A DNA stretch of 32,000 bases. Origin: Wolbachia endosymbiont of Litomosoides sigmodontis (GTDB lineage: Bacteria > Pseudomonadota > Alphaproteobacteria > Rickettsiales > Anaplasmataceae). The position numbers and the translations under genes were made by a program. Each line of letters starts with the position of its first letter. Position 1 is the stretch's first letter. Shown here in pieces: positions 18,863 to 29,069 of the stretch. The notes under the pieces were generated by a model. It saw only the letters and a program-made list of their open reading frames with translations, was not told the origin of the DNA and searched no databases. The stretch spans positions 180,001 to 212,000 of the forward strand of contig NZ_CP046577.1 of NCBI RefSeq assembly GCF_013365435.1, given 5' to 3'.

Positions 18863-19504
18863 TTATATAATTGGACTGTTGCTGATGAAATCTAAACTTA
18901 CCAAATACATTTCTGCAGATTCAGATCTACTTGATTTTGGTTTAAAGTATTTTACTGTTTTGAACATTTTTTTTAATTCGTTATAAAATTCTTTGTCAGA
19001 TTCTCCTTGGAAGATTTTTATTACAAGCTTACCACCATGATTTAGAAAATGTTTTGCAAAATTTAATGCTGCTTCACATAAAAGCATGATTCTAATATGG
19101 TCCAAAGATTTTAATCCGCAAGATTCTGGGGCCATGTCAGATAGAATTACATCAAATTTTTGATCTTTAAATCTTTTTCTTAAAGTTTCAAGTTCATTGA
19201 TATCACATTGTATATATTCCACTCCATTAATTGAGTTTACTGGCTTTATATCAATAGCAGCCACTTTTGCACCTTTCTGAGATGCAACTTGTGACCATCC
19301 ACCAGGAGAAACACCAAGGTCAATAATTTTTTGCCCTGCTTGGAGTAATTTGAATTTATTATCTATTTCTATCAATTTATATGCTGAGCGTGATCTATAA
19401 CCATCCTTATTAGTTTTTTGTACATACTGGTCATTTAAATAACGATGCAGCCACCTTGTTGAGGATAATTTTCTGCCTTTAGCTGTTTTTACTCTAGTTT
19501 TTAT
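18863..19504 (-). CDS. rlmE: 23S rRNA (uridine-2'-O)-methyltransferase RlmE/FtsJ, start codon uncertain
   Basis: The track ORF (TTG start at 19375) begins inside the conserved domain. The frame stays open upstream to 19555 and encodes the conserved N-terminus (KTAKGRKLSSTRWLHRYLNDQYVQKTNKDGYRSRSAYKLIEID), followed by DLG-SPGGWSQ. There is no ATG, GTG or TTG in the extension. 19504 is an ATA codon at the expected start position. Confidence 0.8.
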   Translation of the reverse strand: MKTRVKTAKGRKLSSTRWLHRYLNDQYVQKTNKDGYRSRSAYKLIEIDNKFKLLQAGQKIIDLGVSPGGWSQVASQKGAKVAAIDIKPVNSINGVEYIQCDINELETLRKRFKDQKFDVILSDMAPESCGLKSLDHIRIMLLCEAALNFAKHFLNHGGKLVIKIFQGESDKEFYNELKKMFKTVKYFKPKSSRSESAEMYLVSLDFISNSPII

Positions 19505-19523
19505 TGCTAATACCTTGTAAAAA

Positions 19524-20086
19524 TCACTTATTATTGATGATATCTTTGAACTCTTTTAGCCACTCTGACAATTGAGGTTTTAAAAGAGATGTAACTAATC
19601 CTTCAACAGTGAAGTTGAATTTTTTTTGTTGTTTGTGCTGTAATTCATTTTGCATTTTTTTAAGTAGCTCTTTAATCTCTTAATATCTTCTCTTTTAAAA
19701 TTAGATGATCGCTATTTTGTGCTTCTAAATCACTGTTATTCACTTTTTTATTACATATTTGAGTATTATAGTGCAAGTGGAACGTCCTTTTCTTCCTGTG
19801 AGTCATAATTGTGATTATTAAATTGAGTATTATTAGAAACTATTTTTTTGCTCCGATGATCATTGTTGGTATCTTATTTTTCGTTATTCTGCTCTTTACT
19901 ATCTTCTCCCAAACCTTCTAAATACTCCTCCTCAAGGTACAGAGCATTTTCGTCTTCCTTCTCCTTTGCTATTTCTACTACATCTCCTATTTTCATTGCA
20001 TTATCACTTGAGCTTTTAGCAGATGTGGCTTTTTTTATATCTTCTAAGATGTTTTTTGCAGATTGATTGCTTTGTTCGTCATTCAT
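19524..20086 (-). pseudogene. DUF2497-like protein gene, interrupted
   Basis: The N-terminal ORF 19874..20086 reads MNDEQSNQSAKNILEDIKKA.... A different frame at 19524-19680 reads EIKELLKKMQNELQ...FTVEGLVTSLLKPQLSEWLKEFKDIINNK*, which resembles the conserved DUF2497 C-terminus (..LV-ELLRP-LKEWLD..). The stretch between them has several stops in every frame. Confidence 0.5.
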
Positions 20087-20105
20087 AATATTAATATCAT
20101 TAAAC

Positions 20106-21341
20106 TTAAAGGTTTATACTATTTATTATAAAAAGTAAATTATAAACACTAATCACGTAATTGCTTTGCGCTTTAACTAAATCTGAACGTGCTTTGAATA
20201 ACGTGTCTTCAGTATATAAAAGGTCAGTTATACTTTTTAAGTTTAAACTTACTTCTTGTTCAACTCCTTCCAATGCTAGAGATGCTGCTTTTTCAGCTTC
20301 CTGACTTGCTTTAATGATAGCCTTTGCTGTCAACACATCATTCCAAGCATTTACAACCATTTGCTCTATGTTTTTCACTGTTTCATAATAATCGTAAGTG
20401 GATTTTTTTGCATCTATTCTAGCTTTGCTAATGCCAAAAGCATTTATTCCCCTTTTTAAAATTGGGATATCGAGAGTAAAAGCAATGCTAGTACCTTCTA
20501 AGGGCTTTTTGATGTTGATATTTTTTATGTCAAGAATTTTATTTATGCTAAGATGCAGAGAAGGTAGCCACTTAGAAGTTTCGGCAAACACTCCCATTCT
20601 TGCTGCTTTTTTTTGATAAACTGCTATTTTCAAAGATAGGTTGTTGCTTCTTGCTAACTGTAAACATTCATTTAATTCTGGAATAGAAGGTAATTTATCA
20701 CTAGCTTCAGAAAGTTCATCAGGGTCTTCTCCAATTAGGTGAAAGTAAGCAGTGTTTGCCGATTTTAATTTGCCTTCGGCATCTACTCTTTCTGACACTG
20801 AAGATGAAAATTTTGCTTTTGCCAGTGAAACTTCAGCATTTGTTACTTCTCCAAGAGAAAAACGTTTTTTTACCTCCGACAAATTTTCCAAAGAGACGCG
20901 TTCTTTATGCTCTTTGAGCTGTAATATTGCTCTGCTTCTTAGAACGTCAACGTATACTTTCACGGCATTAAGTGCAAGCTCTTGCTTTGACTTTTGAAAT
21001 TGAATTTTTGCTGCTTTGAGAAGATGGCTTGATTGACTAAATGTAGCAAAGGTACCGCCTCCATCTATTATTTTCTGATTTAATGCAAGGAGTCCTCGTG
21101 GATTTTGTGTACTGTTGGCAATATTAAAATTGCTAATAAAATTGTGTCGCAAATTAACATCTGGCAAGAACTCAGCTAGCCCTGAAGATTTATAGTATTT
21201 TTCAGCGCTTTTATATTGGTAAAATTGAGATTTAAGCCTTGAACTATTTTTAATGGCTTTGTTTACAGCTTCTTCAAGGCTAATTGCATAGCAACTTACA
21301 GTACTAAAAATGGCTGCAATTGCAATAATCAACTGAAACAT
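20106..21341 (-). CDS. tolC: TolC-family outer membrane efflux protein
   Basis: 411-aa ORF with a signal peptide (..AAIFSTVSCYA) followed by ISLEEAVNKAIKNSSRLK and the two-repeat OEP architecture. Confidence 0.85.
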   Translation of the reverse strand: MFQLIIAIAAIFSTVSCYAISLEEAVNKAIKNSSRLKSQFYQYKSAEKYYKSSGLAEFLPDVNLRHNFISNFNIANSTQNPRGLLALNQKIIDGGGTFATFSQSSHLLKAAKIQFQKSKQELALNAVKVYVDVLRSRAILQLKEHKERVSLENLSEVKKRFSLGEVTNAEVSLAKAKFSSSVSERVDAEGKLKSANTAYFHLIGEDPDELSEASDKLPSIPELNECLQLARSNNLSLKIAVYQKKAARMGVFAETSKWLPSLHLSINKILDIKNINIKKPLEGTSIAFTLDIPILKRGINAFGISKARIDAKKSTYDYYETVKNIEQMVVNAWNDVLTAKAIIKASQEAEKAASLALEGVEQEVSLNLKSITDLLYTEDTLFKARSDLVKAQSNYVISVYNLLFIINSINL

Positions 21342-21416
21342 TCTACTTCATCTATTATATTAGCTGTGCAGTAAGTTACTAGCATGAATTGCTTGAATAA
21401 GCAATAACTAATATTG

Positions 21417-21444
21417 TTGACTGCTTAGAAATTAAGTGTATCAT
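21417..21444 (+). promoter_or_regulatory. candidate sigma70-type promoter for rplM-rpsI
   Basis: TTGACT at 21417-21422, a 16-nt spacer, then TATCAT at 21439-21444, 27 nt upstream of the rplM ATG. Confidence 0.3.
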
Positions 21445-21470
21445 AACTTACTGTTGTTCAATTTAGAGTA

Positions 21471-21929
21471 ATGAAGACTTTTTTCTTAAAAAAGAGACAA
21501 ATTTATAAAAAATGGTTTGTTATAGATGCAGATGGATTAATAGTAGGGAGACTTGCTGCATTTGTAGCAACACTATTACGTGGAAAGCATAAACCTGAGT
21601 ATACGCCTCATATGGATTGTGGCGATAATGTAATTATCATTAATGCAGAGAAGGTGCATTTTACCGGAAAAAAATTTAAAGAGAAAATTTATTACAAGCA
21701 TACAGGTTATCCTGGTGGTTTAAAAAAAGCTACCCCAGCTAATATTTTAAATGGTAAATTTCCTGAGAGGATAATAAAAATGGCGGTGAAAAGGATGCTT
21801 GATGATGGTCCTATGGCGCGTAAACGCTTTGGAAATTTATATGTTTATTCTGGTCCAGAGCATAAGCATCAAGGTCAACAGCCTAAAAAGATAGATTTTG
21901 CTTCTTTAAATCGTAAAAATAAAAAATAA
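21471..21929 (+). CDS. rplM: 50S ribosomal protein L13
   Basis: 152-aa ORF with [16 protein letters not shown]...[22 protein letters not shown]. Confidence 0.95.
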   Translation: MKTFFLKKRQIYKKWFVIDADGLIVGRLAAFVATLLRGKHKPEYTPHMDCGDNVIIINAEKVHFTGKKFKEKIYYKHTGYPGGLKKATPANILNGKFPERIIKMAVKRMLDDGPMARKRFGNLYVYSGPEHKHQGQQPKKIDFASLNRKNKK

Positions 21930-21939
21930 TGGAGTAAGA

Positions 21940-22386
21940 ATGGAAAGTTCTGTAATAAATCAATCAAAAAAAGTAACTAAATCGGCAGTTGATTTATTTT
22001 GTCGTTTATATGCTACAGGCAGAAGAAAAGAATCTGCGGCAAGAGTATGGATAAAACCAGGAAGTGGAAAATTCAGCGTTAATCAAAAGGACAATCTGCT
22101 CTCTTACTTTAAGAGAGAATCAGTGTGCCAAGTAGTGAAAATGCCACTTATTGTGACGTCTATGCTAGGTAGATGTGATATATTTGCAACTGTAAAAGGT
22201 GGAGGGCTATCTGGTCAAGCAGGTGCATTAGCTCATGGAATAAGCAGAGCTTTAAGTAAAATAAGCCAAGATTTATGTTCTACCTTACGTAAGAATGAGT
22301 ACTTAACACGAAATTCGTGTGTTAAAGAACGTAAAAAGTATGGTCAGCGTGGAGCTCGGGCGAAATATCAATTTTCTAAGAGATAA
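21940..22386 (+). CDS. rpsI: 30S ribosomal protein S9
   Basis: 148-aa ORF with YATGRRKESAARVW, GGGLSGQAGA--HGISRAL and a C-terminal KKYGQRGARAKYQFSKR. Confidence 0.95.
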   Translation: MESSVINQSKKVTKSAVDLFCRLYATGRRKESAARVWIKPGSGKFSVNQKDNLLSYFKRESVCQVVKMPLIVTSMLGRCDIFATVKGGGLSGQAGALAHGISRALSKISQDLCSTLRKNEYLTRNSCVKERKKYGQRGARAKYQFSKR

Positions 22387-22531
22387 TTATTTTGTGGTGA
22401 TATTTTTTTTATATATATTGTACGAATGTTAAAAAAATGTATAGTATATTCTTTTCGTGATAAATTTAATTGACTATCGGTATGAACGTAATATGCTGTT
22501 TATATAATTTTTCAATATTTTAAGGTAATTT

Positions 22532-22843
22532 ATGAGTAAAGAAGATATAATAAATAAGTTAAAGCAAGCTTGTTCTAGTCAAGATGTAGAAATAACAAAA
22601 TCTGATTTGAGTAAGGTTTTTGATGCACTTATGAAAATAATAAAGGGTAAATTAGATAAAGAAGGTGAAATACGCCTGCATGGAATAGGTACATTTTCTA
22701 CTGCTATAAGCCAGGAAAAACAATGTCGTAATCCTCAGAATGGTGAAATCATGACTGTTCCTCAAAAGACAAGAGTGAAATTTAAGGCAAGCCAGACTCT
22801 TTTAAGTATTTTAAATAAGGAGAAAGAAGAAGTAGTTAGTTAG
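22532..22843 (+). CDS. hup: HU/IHF-family DNA-binding protein
   Basis: 103-aa ORF with the ..GIGTFSTAISQEKQCRNPQNGEIMTVPQKTRVKFKAS.. beta-arm region and a short acidic C-terminal tail. Confidence 0.85.
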   Translation: MSKEDIINKLKQACSSQDVEITKSDLSKVFDALMKIIKGKLDKEGEIRLHGIGTFSTAISQEKQCRNPQNGEIMTVPQKTRVKFKASQTLLSILNKEKEEVVS

Positions 22844-22849
22844 ATATTA

Positions 22850-23540
22850 TCATCTTCATTCTTTTTACTACGCTGTATAACCTGTTAAGTATAGCTTTGC
22901 TTATTAAAGAAGTGGCTTATGTTAAGAGCTGAAATGTAAGGTATTTCTTTCATCTTTTTAGCGTGTTTATAAGTTATGCCATGTTTCGCATGGCATTCTA
23001 TCCTTAGTTTATTCATATACTCTATAGTGTTGGTAGTTAATTTTAGTTTTTCTTCTAATAGGTTGTTGCAGTAACTCCTGTATGAACTTCTACTATGCCA
23101 GGATTTGTTTCTAATTTTTTGAGATATTTTAGTTGATTAATATTTGGGTTGATAAACAGTGGAACCTTTATGCATAAAGCTATGCATCTCTTCCGTACTA
23201 CAAAATTTGCTGTGCATGTTAATTATATCCAGACTACTTTCAGTTGTTAATTCTGCTCTTTTTTCGGCACTATGTTAATCAAATATGGTTTTACCTTTTT
23301 TGCTGTTTCAAATATTTCTCCCGTGGCTGCAATTTTAAGGTTTTAATCAAGTATTAGTACTTTTTGGGGAATTGAACACATTTTTATCTCTGATATGCCT
23401 TCTATCTTCTCATAAGTGACGATGTAAAATCTGCTCTTGTGTAATGATTCTTCAGCTTTTAATGGAATCTAGATAATGAGTTCTATGTGCATTGCAAAGG
23501 TTACAACATGGTCAATATTAACACCTAATTTTATGATTTA
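22850..23540 (-). pseudogene. pdxJ: pyridoxine 5'-phosphate synthase gene, decayed
   Basis: Reverse-strand fragments in several frames read KLGVNIDHVVT.. (compare LGVNIDH-ATLRNAR), ..VPKKEQELTTESSLDI.. (compare VPEKREELTTEGGLDV) and ..[29 protein letters not shown].. (compare NAGHGLTY-NV--IA-IP---ELNIGH). They are in the PdxJ order and separated by stops and frameshifts. Confidence 0.7.
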
Positions 23541-23584
23541 TTACATAATTTACTTAATAAATTATATATATTGTGTTAATTCTA

Positions 23585-24362
23585 CTCTACAATGAATGGA
23601 TGAACAACAATAAAAAAAACAGTACTGAAGTGAGCAAAATAGCGAGGTTTAAATGGCGTTTAAAGTCAGAATTATTAGATGATAAAGTCGTGTAATCAGC
23701 CCATTAACGTCATAGAAAAGCTAGATTGAATCAGATTCACTTTGAACAAGTTGAAGTGTGGGTACAAAGAAATCCATAATATTACCTAAAAAATGAGAAT
23801 AAGAATCCAGGAAAAACACTTAGCTTGAATGTCGGCAAGACTATAGTACACGTAATATGTAAAATTGGCACACATTTAAAAATTAGGTATGTATATTTTG
23901 GAAAGGGTATTAAAATGCAGGTTAGTAAAACTAGGAAGATAAAATTATTATCTCTACAATGCAGTTAAATTAATCCTAGAAATAAAGAGGGTTCTGTTCT
24001 TGTTTGCACCTAATGGTCAACATTGATTGTATGAATATATTTCTTGAACGAATGTTGCAATATTTAAGAATATGAGAAGCCTTTTTTGTCATGGATTGTG
24101 CTAATTGATATAAGTTAAAAAATTTCAAGGTATCTAGAAATATTGAGATTATATACCTACCACCATACTCATCCGAGTTCAATCTTATTGAGAGACTTTT
24201 TAGTTCTATATAAAATAGAACATTTTGTGTAATAAAGTTTGTAATACAGTGCTTTGCTTGAAAGCCCTTGTGTGAATTTATTACCTCTTTTCTCATTACG
24301 TAATTAAATAATTCTGCAATGTTACTTATTTAACTTACTAAGAATGAGAGTTAGTATAAGTG
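23585..24362 (+). mobile_element. IS630-type relic with internal deletions
   Basis: Collinear with copy 1 from ..ctgaagtgagcaaaatagcgaggtttaaatggcg.. to ..aatgttacttatttaacttactaagaatgagagttagtataag. It retains the ..YLPPYSSEFNLIERLF..-like segment. The track ORF 23976..24296 (-) inside it is spurious. Confidence 0.75.
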
Positions 24363-24549
24363 TTTAAAACATAAAAAAATGCTAATGTTTTTAAATAGAT
24401 ATTGACCATGGTTTCTTTTGCCTTTTCACTATTGAGTGAATTTCTTGATGCTTGTAAATTTGAGTTCACCGTGGATGGTGGTGCGAATGCTTGGATAACA
24501 TTATAGTGGCATTACCGCATGAAGTTTGGGTGATGAGAAGGTAGCGAGA

Positions 24550-25311
24550 TTACCTCTTTACAAATATTTTATCAAAAATACGCATATCAATTGTGCTCCA
24601 ATCGCTAAAAGTAAAATTGGTTGTATTTTGTAAGTGATTTAAATAATCCCATGCCCTATAAGGATTATCTTCAGGCAGTTTTACTATGGAGATGTTATCA
24701 AGTATGATATTCCATCTTCTATTTTCTACATAAACACAAGAAGAAATGTAATCACTTAACTGAGTTTTACTTTCTAGTATATCTCTAATAAATTTTAAGT
24801 TTGATAGTGCGTTTTGTCCTGTAATTACAATAAAGTTATCTGTAGGATAATCATCTACAATCACTTTACCTTCGGAATCAATTACTGAAGTTTTGTTGTT
24901 ATCTTTCCATAGGGCAAAAGGTTTATGTTCATCTACATTAATGTGTAGAATATTAGGCAAAATTCTGTAAATTCTTACGTGTTTTATCCATTTGCTTGTG
25001 GATTGTATGCTATCAGCAAGCTTTGAAAGTGATATGTACATAATTGGCTGCGTTTTATTATTTACTAGATTTAAAATGTCCTTTTCATTTGTAAGTTTAT
25101 TGCCAGTTATAACCACTTTATCGATTGACAATCCACTATTGAATAGTAGATTAGATAAACAGTCATTACACCAAGTAAGGTAATGCTTAAATCTACTTAT
25201 GATTTTATCAAGTGAGCTATAGAATACCAACGTAAGAAAGAGTGCTATTATGATAACCAAGGCACGCTTACGTAAAGAATTTCTTTGGTTTCTAGTAATA
25301 TTGCTCAACAT
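24550..25311 (-). CDS. ftsQ: cell division protein FtsQ
   Basis: 253-aa ORF with an N-terminal TM helix followed by a POTRA-type region (I-KVVITGN-L----IL), directly downstream of ddl as in dcw clusters. Confidence 0.85.
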   Translation of the reverse strand: MLSNITRNQRNSLRKRALVIIIALFLTLVFYSSLDKIISRFKHYLTWCNDCLSNLLFNSGLSIDKVVITGNKLTNEKDILNLVNNKTQPIMYISLSKLADSIQSTSKWIKHVRIYRILPNILHINVDEHKPFALWKDNNKTSVIDSEGKVIVDDYPTDNFIVITGQNALSNLKFIRDILESKTQLSDYISSCVYVENRRWNIILDNISIVKLPEDNPYRAWDYLNHLQNTTNFTFSDWSTIDMRIFDKIFVKR

Positions 25312-25315
25312 TTAC

Positions 25316-26293
25316 TTAATCTCTAATATTTTTGTGCTGTTGACTATCTTTAAGGATAATCTTAACTAATTCATTAAAATCAATTCCTTTTGTTAATTTT
25401 GCAATTTCTGGCACTAACGATAATTCAGTAAGGCCAGGGTGTGTATTGATCTCAAGCATTTTTAGAATATTATCCTTAGGATAATAACGAAAATCCGAAC
25501 GAGAAATAGTTTTACATCCTAGAAATCGATGGACTTTCAATGCATATTCCAAGGTCATTTCATATATATTGTCAGGAATTTCAGCAGGGAATATGTGCTC
25601 TGCGAACCCGTTTGTATATTTTGCTTCATAGTCATAGAATTTATTTTTTGGCCTTATTTCCATAGTGCCAATGGCTTCATCTAGCAATACAGCAGTGTGC
25701 AACTCTATACCTGGTATGTATTCTTCTATAGTTATAAAATCTCTTATTGTCCAAACTGGTTCTTCTTTCCGAATTTCAGTATCATGCTCTGGAGTGAAAT
25801 TAAGCATGTTTTTTGATTTTAAATAATCTTCATGTGAGAAAATTATATGAACTCCAATGCTTGAACCTTCATTAATGGGTTTTAAGACATACGGATAATC
25901 AATTTTAATATTGTTTTTTAATATATCTCCTCGACTAATTATGTACCCTTTTGGGGTGTCAATACCGAGGGATCGGAATATATGCTTAGACATTGCTTTA
26001 TTCATAGCAATAGCTGAAGCCATAACTCCGGAGTGTGTATATTTTATACCTAGAATTTCCAATAAACCTTGAATGCAGCCATCTTCGCCATAAGGCCCAT
26101 GTAAAGCAATAAAAGCAAGGTCTGGGTTAATTTTTTTAAGCTTTTCAGCAGTGTTGCTGTCAACGTCTATTTCTATTGCCTTATATGAAAGGATATCAAG
26201 CGCCTTTTTTACTGCTTTTCCGCTCATCAGTGATATTTCTCTTTCACGAGAAAGTCCACCGCTTAAAATTGCTATAGTTGGGGCCATAAGCAT
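25316..26293 (-). CDS. ddl: D-alanine--D-alanine ligase
   Basis: 325-aa ORF with ILSGGLSREREISL-SG, HGPYGEDG-IQG-LE and an ATP-grasp core (VLKP--EGSS-GV). Confidence 0.92.
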   Translation of the reverse strand: MLMAPTIAILSGGLSREREISLMSGKAVKKALDILSYKAIEIDVDSNTAEKLKKINPDLAFIALHGPYGEDGCIQGLLEILGIKYTHSGVMASAIAMNKAMSKHIFRSLGIDTPKGYIISRGDILKNNIKIDYPYVLKPINEGSSIGVHIIFSHEDYLKSKNMLNFTPEHDTEIRKEEPVWTIRDFITIEEYIPGIELHTAVLLDEAIGTMEIRPKNKFYDYEAKYTNGFAEHIFPAEIPDNIYEMTLEYALKVHRFLGCKTISRSDFRYYPKDNILKMLEINTHPGLTELSLVPEIAKLTKGIDFNELVKIILKDSQQHKNIRD

Positions 26294-26512
26294 TTTGGGA
26301 AAAACTTTATTAAGTATAACTACATATACGAACTTTGTAAACAGAAGAGAAATATCTTGAAGATTTATGGTTTATTACCATTGTCCTTGCAACTTTGTCA
26401 TGAAAAAATTGCCTGCATCAGTTAAATATTGCTAACTATTAAGTTAGTGTTTTAATTATAAAGGTTAAGCCTGATGAGGAGTTTATCTACCATTTGGAGG
26501 TCTGCTTATGCT

Positions 26513-27293
26513 AATTTCTACTATATAAGGGACGGATAGATAATAATGGAAAAGAAGCCTTACTCAAAGTAAGTAAAATAATGAAATTTAAATGGCGTTT
26601 GAAGTCAAAGTTATTGGATGAAAAAGTTGTATAATCAGCAGAAGAAATGCTGAGGAAAATGTGAAGTAATGTATATGTTGCAAAAACTAAATACTGTAAC
26701 TGCAGCAAAAAGCACAGTATAACAGCCGTAACAAAAGTATGTTTCATTTTCGAAAACAGCACTAACTGCATGGATAAAGTACCTAAAATTTAGAAGAGAA
26801 GAAAAGTTTTTTGCTCGCCGTTAATGGCGTAAAGAAATTAGATTGATTAGGGCAAACTTGAACAAGTTGAAGTATAGATACAAGAAATCCATAATGTTAC
26901 CATAAAAGAAATGAGGAATAAAGAATTCTGGAAAAATTTAGCTTGAATATCAGCAAATTTATAATACACCGTAATATGCAAAAAATGAAGTTTTTGTATA
27001 TTATACCAAGATCAGTTCTTGTTATAGATTGTGCTAGTGGCATAAGTCAGAAAATTTAAAGGTACCTAAAAACATCAAGATTATATACCTATCACCGTAT
27101 TCATCTTAGCTTAATTCTATTGAGAGACTTTGGTTATATATAAAACAGAATATTTTGCGTGATAAAGTCTACAATACAATTGCTTTGCATTAAAAATGCT
27201 TTGGGCAAATTTATTATCTCTCTTTCTTACTCGGCAATTAAACAACTCTGCAATGTCACTTGTTAAACCTACTAGTAAATCTAGTATAGATTT
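26513..27293 (+). mobile_element. IS630-type relic with a ~350-bp central deletion
   Basis: The 5' part is collinear with copy 1 to ..gcaaaaaatgaagtttttgtatatt... It then jumps to the ..VIDCASGISQKI..LYTYHRIHLSLILLRDFG (MDNA--H...LPPYSPELNPIE) region and the right end ..caatgtcacttgttaaacc... The track ORF 26511..26771 (-) is spurious. Confidence 0.75.
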
Positions 27294-27669
27294 TATAATA
27301 TTTTATGTTATTTTGATATGAGGTCAATATCAGTGTCAAGAAAGACATAATTAAGAAAATTACAGGGTGTTCTTCATGGTAAGAAAATGAAACTAATGAA
27401 AAATGATAAACAGAAGACTAGAAATATTATATGGTCAACTATATGGTTGTAACACTTTTAGTAATTTTTGCGTAATTTATATTTTAACAACCCATTTTAT
27501 CCTCTAATATGATCACCTAATATACTTGTTAGTAAATTAAATAGTAGTAAAGTTTCTATATTACTTAACCTATTCTCAAGTTAATATTTGTATTCTATCA
27601 ATGACATAAATAACATAACTACCATCAGCAACTAAATTATTAAGGTGCAAGAAGTTTTTTTTAGTAGCG

Positions 27670-28044
27670 TTACTCTAGATTTTCATCAAAATAGGCCATT
27701 TTGTCTTTTTTTTCTTTATACTCTTCTGCAGTATGGAGAGGTTGCTTTTTAGCTGTGATATTTGGCCACTTTTGTGAATATTCTATGTTTATATTGTAAA
27801 ATGATTTAAGGGTTTTTTGTTCATTGCTCAATAACTCTTCATTCAGTCTTAAAATATCTTTTATAGAATCATCTGCTACGATTGCATCTACTGGACATTC
27901 AGGTATGCACACTCCACAATCAATACATTCATCAGGTTTGATTACAAGCATATTTTTACCTTCATAGAAACAATCAACAGGACATACTTCTACACAATCC
28001 GTGTATTTGCATCTTATGCATTTATCTGTAACAAAATGCGTCAT
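27670..28044 (-). CDS. fdxA: 7Fe-type ferredoxin (3Fe-4S plus 4Fe-4S)
   Basis: 124-aa ORF starting [29 protein letters not shown], with a second cluster motif [12 protein letters not shown]. Confidence 0.9.
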   Translation of the reverse strand: MTHFVTDKCIRCKYTDCVEVCPVDCFYEGKNMLVIKPDECIDCGVCIPECPVDAIVADDSIKDILRLNEELLSNEQKTLKSFYNINIEYSQKWPNITAKKQPLHTAEEYKEKKDKMAYFDENLE

Positions 28045-28149
28045 AAAGCACTTACATATTTATAATCTTGGGTACACTAAACTAATAAGAAATTCAAGTC
28101 TTTTGGTTATATTTTAGTTTAAAATGCTGATAAATATTGTGTATCTTTT

Positions 28150-29061
28150 AAGTAATTGGAAGAGCATCCATTTATAAAGATAAGTAAATTGGATAATGAG
28201 AAATTGGAAATATGGCTAGTTTAGCTAAAACCTTGGAATTAACAAAGTTTTGGCATGCTGAAAAAATGTGTAGGCCATTGAACGAAGTGTTAAAATGTTC
28301 AATAGGCTTACAATGATAAAAAGGTATATGGTATTCATGATACGCAAAAAGAAGTCAATGGTATGGAAAAATTGAAGCTAAAATCATACCTGTATGTAAT
28401 CTAGATTACCTAACGTTTAAAGAAATATACCTGATTATTCCTCTGTAGCAATTGCGCTTTGATGACGTATTATTATTAAGTCGTGAGATGATTCTAATAA
28501 TTGGTGGATGCAACTCTTTAATAAATAGAAGAATTTTTGCCAGTAAGTTGGCACTTGATTTAAGCGAAGCTGATTTTGTTATTGTATCTGGGATTACAAG
28601 AGAAATGGACACTGTGCGGCGAGTAGAGCAATATACAAAGATCACTCAACCATTGCTGTTACAGCGGATGGAATTGATGTAGTGTTGTGTCCAAGAGAAA
28701 ATTTTTAATCTATGCAAGAAAATCACTGAAAATGTCTGATTAATAATTACTGAGCTTCCGTTTGCTACTAGACTAAAACCTTAATTTTCTTCAGAGGAAT
28801 TGGAGTGTATATGGCCCATTACTAGGTGTAACGGTAATTGAAGCATTGAAAAAGTTCTAATTTTTTAGTAATGCAAGTTTTGCTTTGCATCGGGAGAGGA
28901 AAATATTTGCGGTTTATGATTTTTCTTTATATTCGTGGTCTAATAGTATCAATTATCTAATTAAGGATGGTGCTGAACTTATTGAATCCGCTGATGACAT
29001 AATAGAGAGTCTAAGGTTTAATATTTCTGCGGACATTTTGCAAGTAATAAATTTTGTTTGA
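28150..29061 (+). pseudogene. dprA: DNA processing protein DprA (Smf) gene, decayed
   Basis: Fragments in DprA order across all three + frames: ..KIIPVCNLDY.., ..IIGGCNS...LALDLSEADFVIVSGITREMDT.. (compare GSR-AS-YG...LA--L---G--VVSGLARGID), ..TIAVTADGIDVV.. and ..IKDGAELIESADDIIESL... Numerous stops interrupt them. The track ORF 28452..28682 is one fragment. Confidence 0.75.
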
Positions 29062-29069
29062 TTAAACTG

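Noticed and set aside
24400-24545. Short + frame MVSFAFSLLSEFLDACKFEFTVDGGANAWITL, reminiscent of the DGGAN motif of thiamine pyrophosphokinase.
   Set aside because: Only about 30 codons and a single 5-residue motif. It cannot be distinguished from chance without a database search.
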